A stretch of 64,000 nucleotides of DNA from Okamejei kenojei (taxonomy: Eukaryota). The translations under genes and the position numbers were made by a program. The DNA is taken from positions 25,544,001 to 25,608,000 of the forward strand of contig CM069159.1 in the NCBI GenBank assembly GCA_035221665.1, given 5' to 3'. This document shows positions 61,400-64,000 of this stretch, in pieces (position 1 is the stretch's first letter; each line of letters opens with the position of its first letter). The notes beneath the pieces were generated by a model. That model saw only the letters and a list, made by a program, of their open reading frames with translations, was not told the DNA's origin and searched no databases.

Positions 61400-63404
61400 A
61401 TTGGATTGTTTAGCATCTTCACTGCATGGGGCACAGTTTTCACAATTATAAAACAATCTCTGGCGCAGACTGGATTTCTGGAAGTCCTACACACTTGCAA
61501 GACATTGATTGCTGAGCTATCGTGGATTCTTGCATTCCGAGCTACACTTCACTTCAAGGTTAAAACTCACCTCCCTGGAGCCCTGACGTTTTGTACATTA
61601 TGGCAAACACAATTGACTGGTTTCCATGAATTCTACAGCCTGAATTGAAGTCGAAGTAAAATCAGTACAGTAACTATCATTCTGTGATCAATAAGTTGTA
61701 TTATCGATTAAACTCAAATGTTAAATCATCTGTTTTCTCCACTATCCTGCTGTGTGGAGTATCTCTTGGTTTTAGTTTGGATTTCTGACACCTGTCATTT
61801 TTTATTAACCACTTATTGTGAAATGGAAATCTGACAGCAAAAGTTGAAAATCAATAAAACTGCACGTTTGAAATAAAAACAATGGCAAAAAATCAACTTT
61901 TTCTCTTTTCACTGATGTTTCCTAACCTGTAGAGTGTTTCCACCATTAAATAAAACACTATGAATAAGAACCATTTCCGTTTACATGGTTAACTAGTCCA
62001 TGCAGTGTATGTATACTCATGCCACAGATTAATAATCTTAATGTTTAAATCAAATATCAATCTGCTAAATGACCATATCAAATAGGCTGCTTCATCACCT
62101 CATTATTCTCAAGTCGAAAGTATTCAAAATTATGGCTCAAATTAAGTCCAATCTGTACTTTGAAACCTGTTCTTACTCAGGGGATGCCTCCTTACCCCTT
62201 CATATTTCATAAATCATCACTGCTGATACACTGAGGGTTGAGATAGATACATGTTTCCAAATAGATCTCTATTACTGCCTGAACATTCAGAATTCATCAC
62301 ACATACTTAGGCCAAAGCTTTGCTGGATTTGCCCAGTAGGTCACATTGTCGGTTTGCTAACTATCAGGCCTGAATTAGTCACTTTGCTCTTGCCTACCCT
62401 ACTTTCACCCAAGATAATAGCTCCCTGCTTTGGTGTGATCAAATGCAAATAGCAATATTTCAAAGATAGACACAAAATGCTGGAGTAAATCAGCAGGACA
62501 GGTAAACAATTTATTTTAATCAATACATAGATATGCATACTCTGATCAATGGTCTTTCATCTGAAATGGAAACATATTCTCTCTCCACAGATGTAATGCA
62601 GTCTTGTTAGATATTTTGAGCATTTCCAATTTTACTTTATCTGTCCAGCAGCTGCAGTATTTTTATAATTCTTATGCAGTAGTATCTCGAACAAGTGCCT
62701 GTGGAAAACTGCTGCTTAACTCCTCTCTATTTAACCTGAAAGTGCTGAGACATTGCTAATTACAATGTCCTCTGTTGTTGCCACGATAGAGGCAAGTTGT
62801 CTCAGTCCAAGGATAAATGTGGAACTTTGGTGGTTTGCTGGCTCCGCAACATATGGGGTTAAATTGCTTCATCACTGGGTAAAGCAAAGAAACATTTCCC
62901 AAGTAGGTTAATACACTGCAGCATAATTCACAAGTACAGATTGGAAACATAACCCAGTTAAAATGTTGAGTAGTGAAGGTTGGAGTTAGACAATTTGATC
63001 AGTAATTACACGGCCAGGCAGTACATTACTCAGTATTCAGTCAATCCCATTAAACTACTGCAGTCCAATTTTTCCTACAGCAGACTTTTTAAAATTTGCC
63101 TTCTGCATTATATGTGGAGCAATTAATTTACCACATTTTAAGTCACTTCAATCTTGCCATAACAATTCTGGAAATGTATTCTACACAATGGGTTGTTATT
63201 ATGATTCAACTAAATGAAGATGGGCATTGATGTTGGCATAACAACCCACAGGAGAAAAGCATCATTTGGGAACATAGCTTTGTTAGATAATGACACATCA
63301 GTGTGAGTTGAACCTCTGTTCAGAGTTAGCTGTCCTTTGGCGAGATGGAAAGAGGTGCAATGGCATTATGACATTTACCATCTGCCCGTACACATGAAAA
63401 AACG

Positions 63405-63550
63405 GAAACTGAGGTCATACCCTTTATAAAACCTGACAATGTGCCCTTAACCACATGTGATTTTTTTTCTATCACAAATCACAAAGTGTGGAGTACAGAG
63501 GCAAATAAATAAATGATGTGTCTTTGTCCCAAACATTATGGAGGGCACTG
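63405..63550. mobile_element. Tc1/mariner terminal remnant; related piece at ~28178-28260
   Basis: Ends GGAGGGCACTG|TA; ~80 bp shared with 28185-28257. Confidence 0.7.
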
Positions 63551-63552
63551 TA

Positions 63553-63838
63553 AATAGGTCCTTTGGCCCAACTTGCCCATGCCGAACAAGGTGCCCCATC
63601 TACACTACATCCACCTGCTTGTCGTTTGGCCCATATTCTTCTAAACCTTTCCTATCCATGCACCTATCCAAACGTTAAATGTCGTTATACTACCTGCCTC
63701 AACTACCTCCTCTGGCAGATCATTCCATTTCCCAACCACCATCTGTGTGAAAAAAAAATTCCCCTCAGGTTCCTGTTAAGTTTTTTCCCTCTCACCTTAA
63801 ACCTACGTCCTCTGATTCTTGATTCCAATTGTGAGGGA
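63553..63838 (-). mobile_element. Degraded CR1 3' fragment
   Basis: Similar to 21430-21690. Confidence 0.7.
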
Positions 63839-64000
63839 TAGTTTTTCAGGAGCAGGCACGGGAGAAAATCTTGAATAAAACGGGCAAATGATTGTTACAA
63901 GTTCTTGTCCCGTTCCTTCACAGAACCATCAGTTATTATAAGTGTGCAAAATGGATCTGCAGAACCAGCTCATTTGCTCCACACCTAATTCTGAACTATC

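Noticed and set aside
62800-62880. C/D snoRNA-like boxes on the minus strand (GTGATGA...CTGA, ~75 nt)
   Set aside because: No terminal stem and no convincing rRNA guide
60800-64000. Search for the CEP164 WW-domain exon (YYFNF...WDHP)
   Set aside because: Not seen; presumably upstream of the window

Overview
Vertebrate (AT-rich, repeat-dense) genomic DNA, most likely a cartilaginous fish (skate/ray), judged from HE1-type V-SINEs with (TAAAC)n tails, CR1/HER1 and Rex1 LINE ends and Penelope elements. The whole window lies inside one minus-strand gene, CEP164. Twelve internal coding exons with canonical AG/GT ends chain in frame (1848 nt, 616 codons) from 60745 down to 1892. The WW-domain N-terminus and the C-terminus lie outside the window. 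The introns hold many retroelement fragments, a Harbinger-like MITE, Tc1 remnants and a 271-nt assembly gap. The most striking signal is a family of about 20 short Penelope-derived inserts, most carrying an intact or decayed minimal hammerhead-ribozyme core (CTGAAGA-A-GGGTC-TC-GACCC-GAAA-CGTC). Many form fold-back (inverted) units with 13-15 bp target-site duplications and a one-sided ~35 nt tail. A 2-kb RT+GIY-YIG Penelope copy with the same terminus is also present. Repeat boundaries are approximate, and comparisons with human CEP164 and repeat consensuses are from memory, not from a search.
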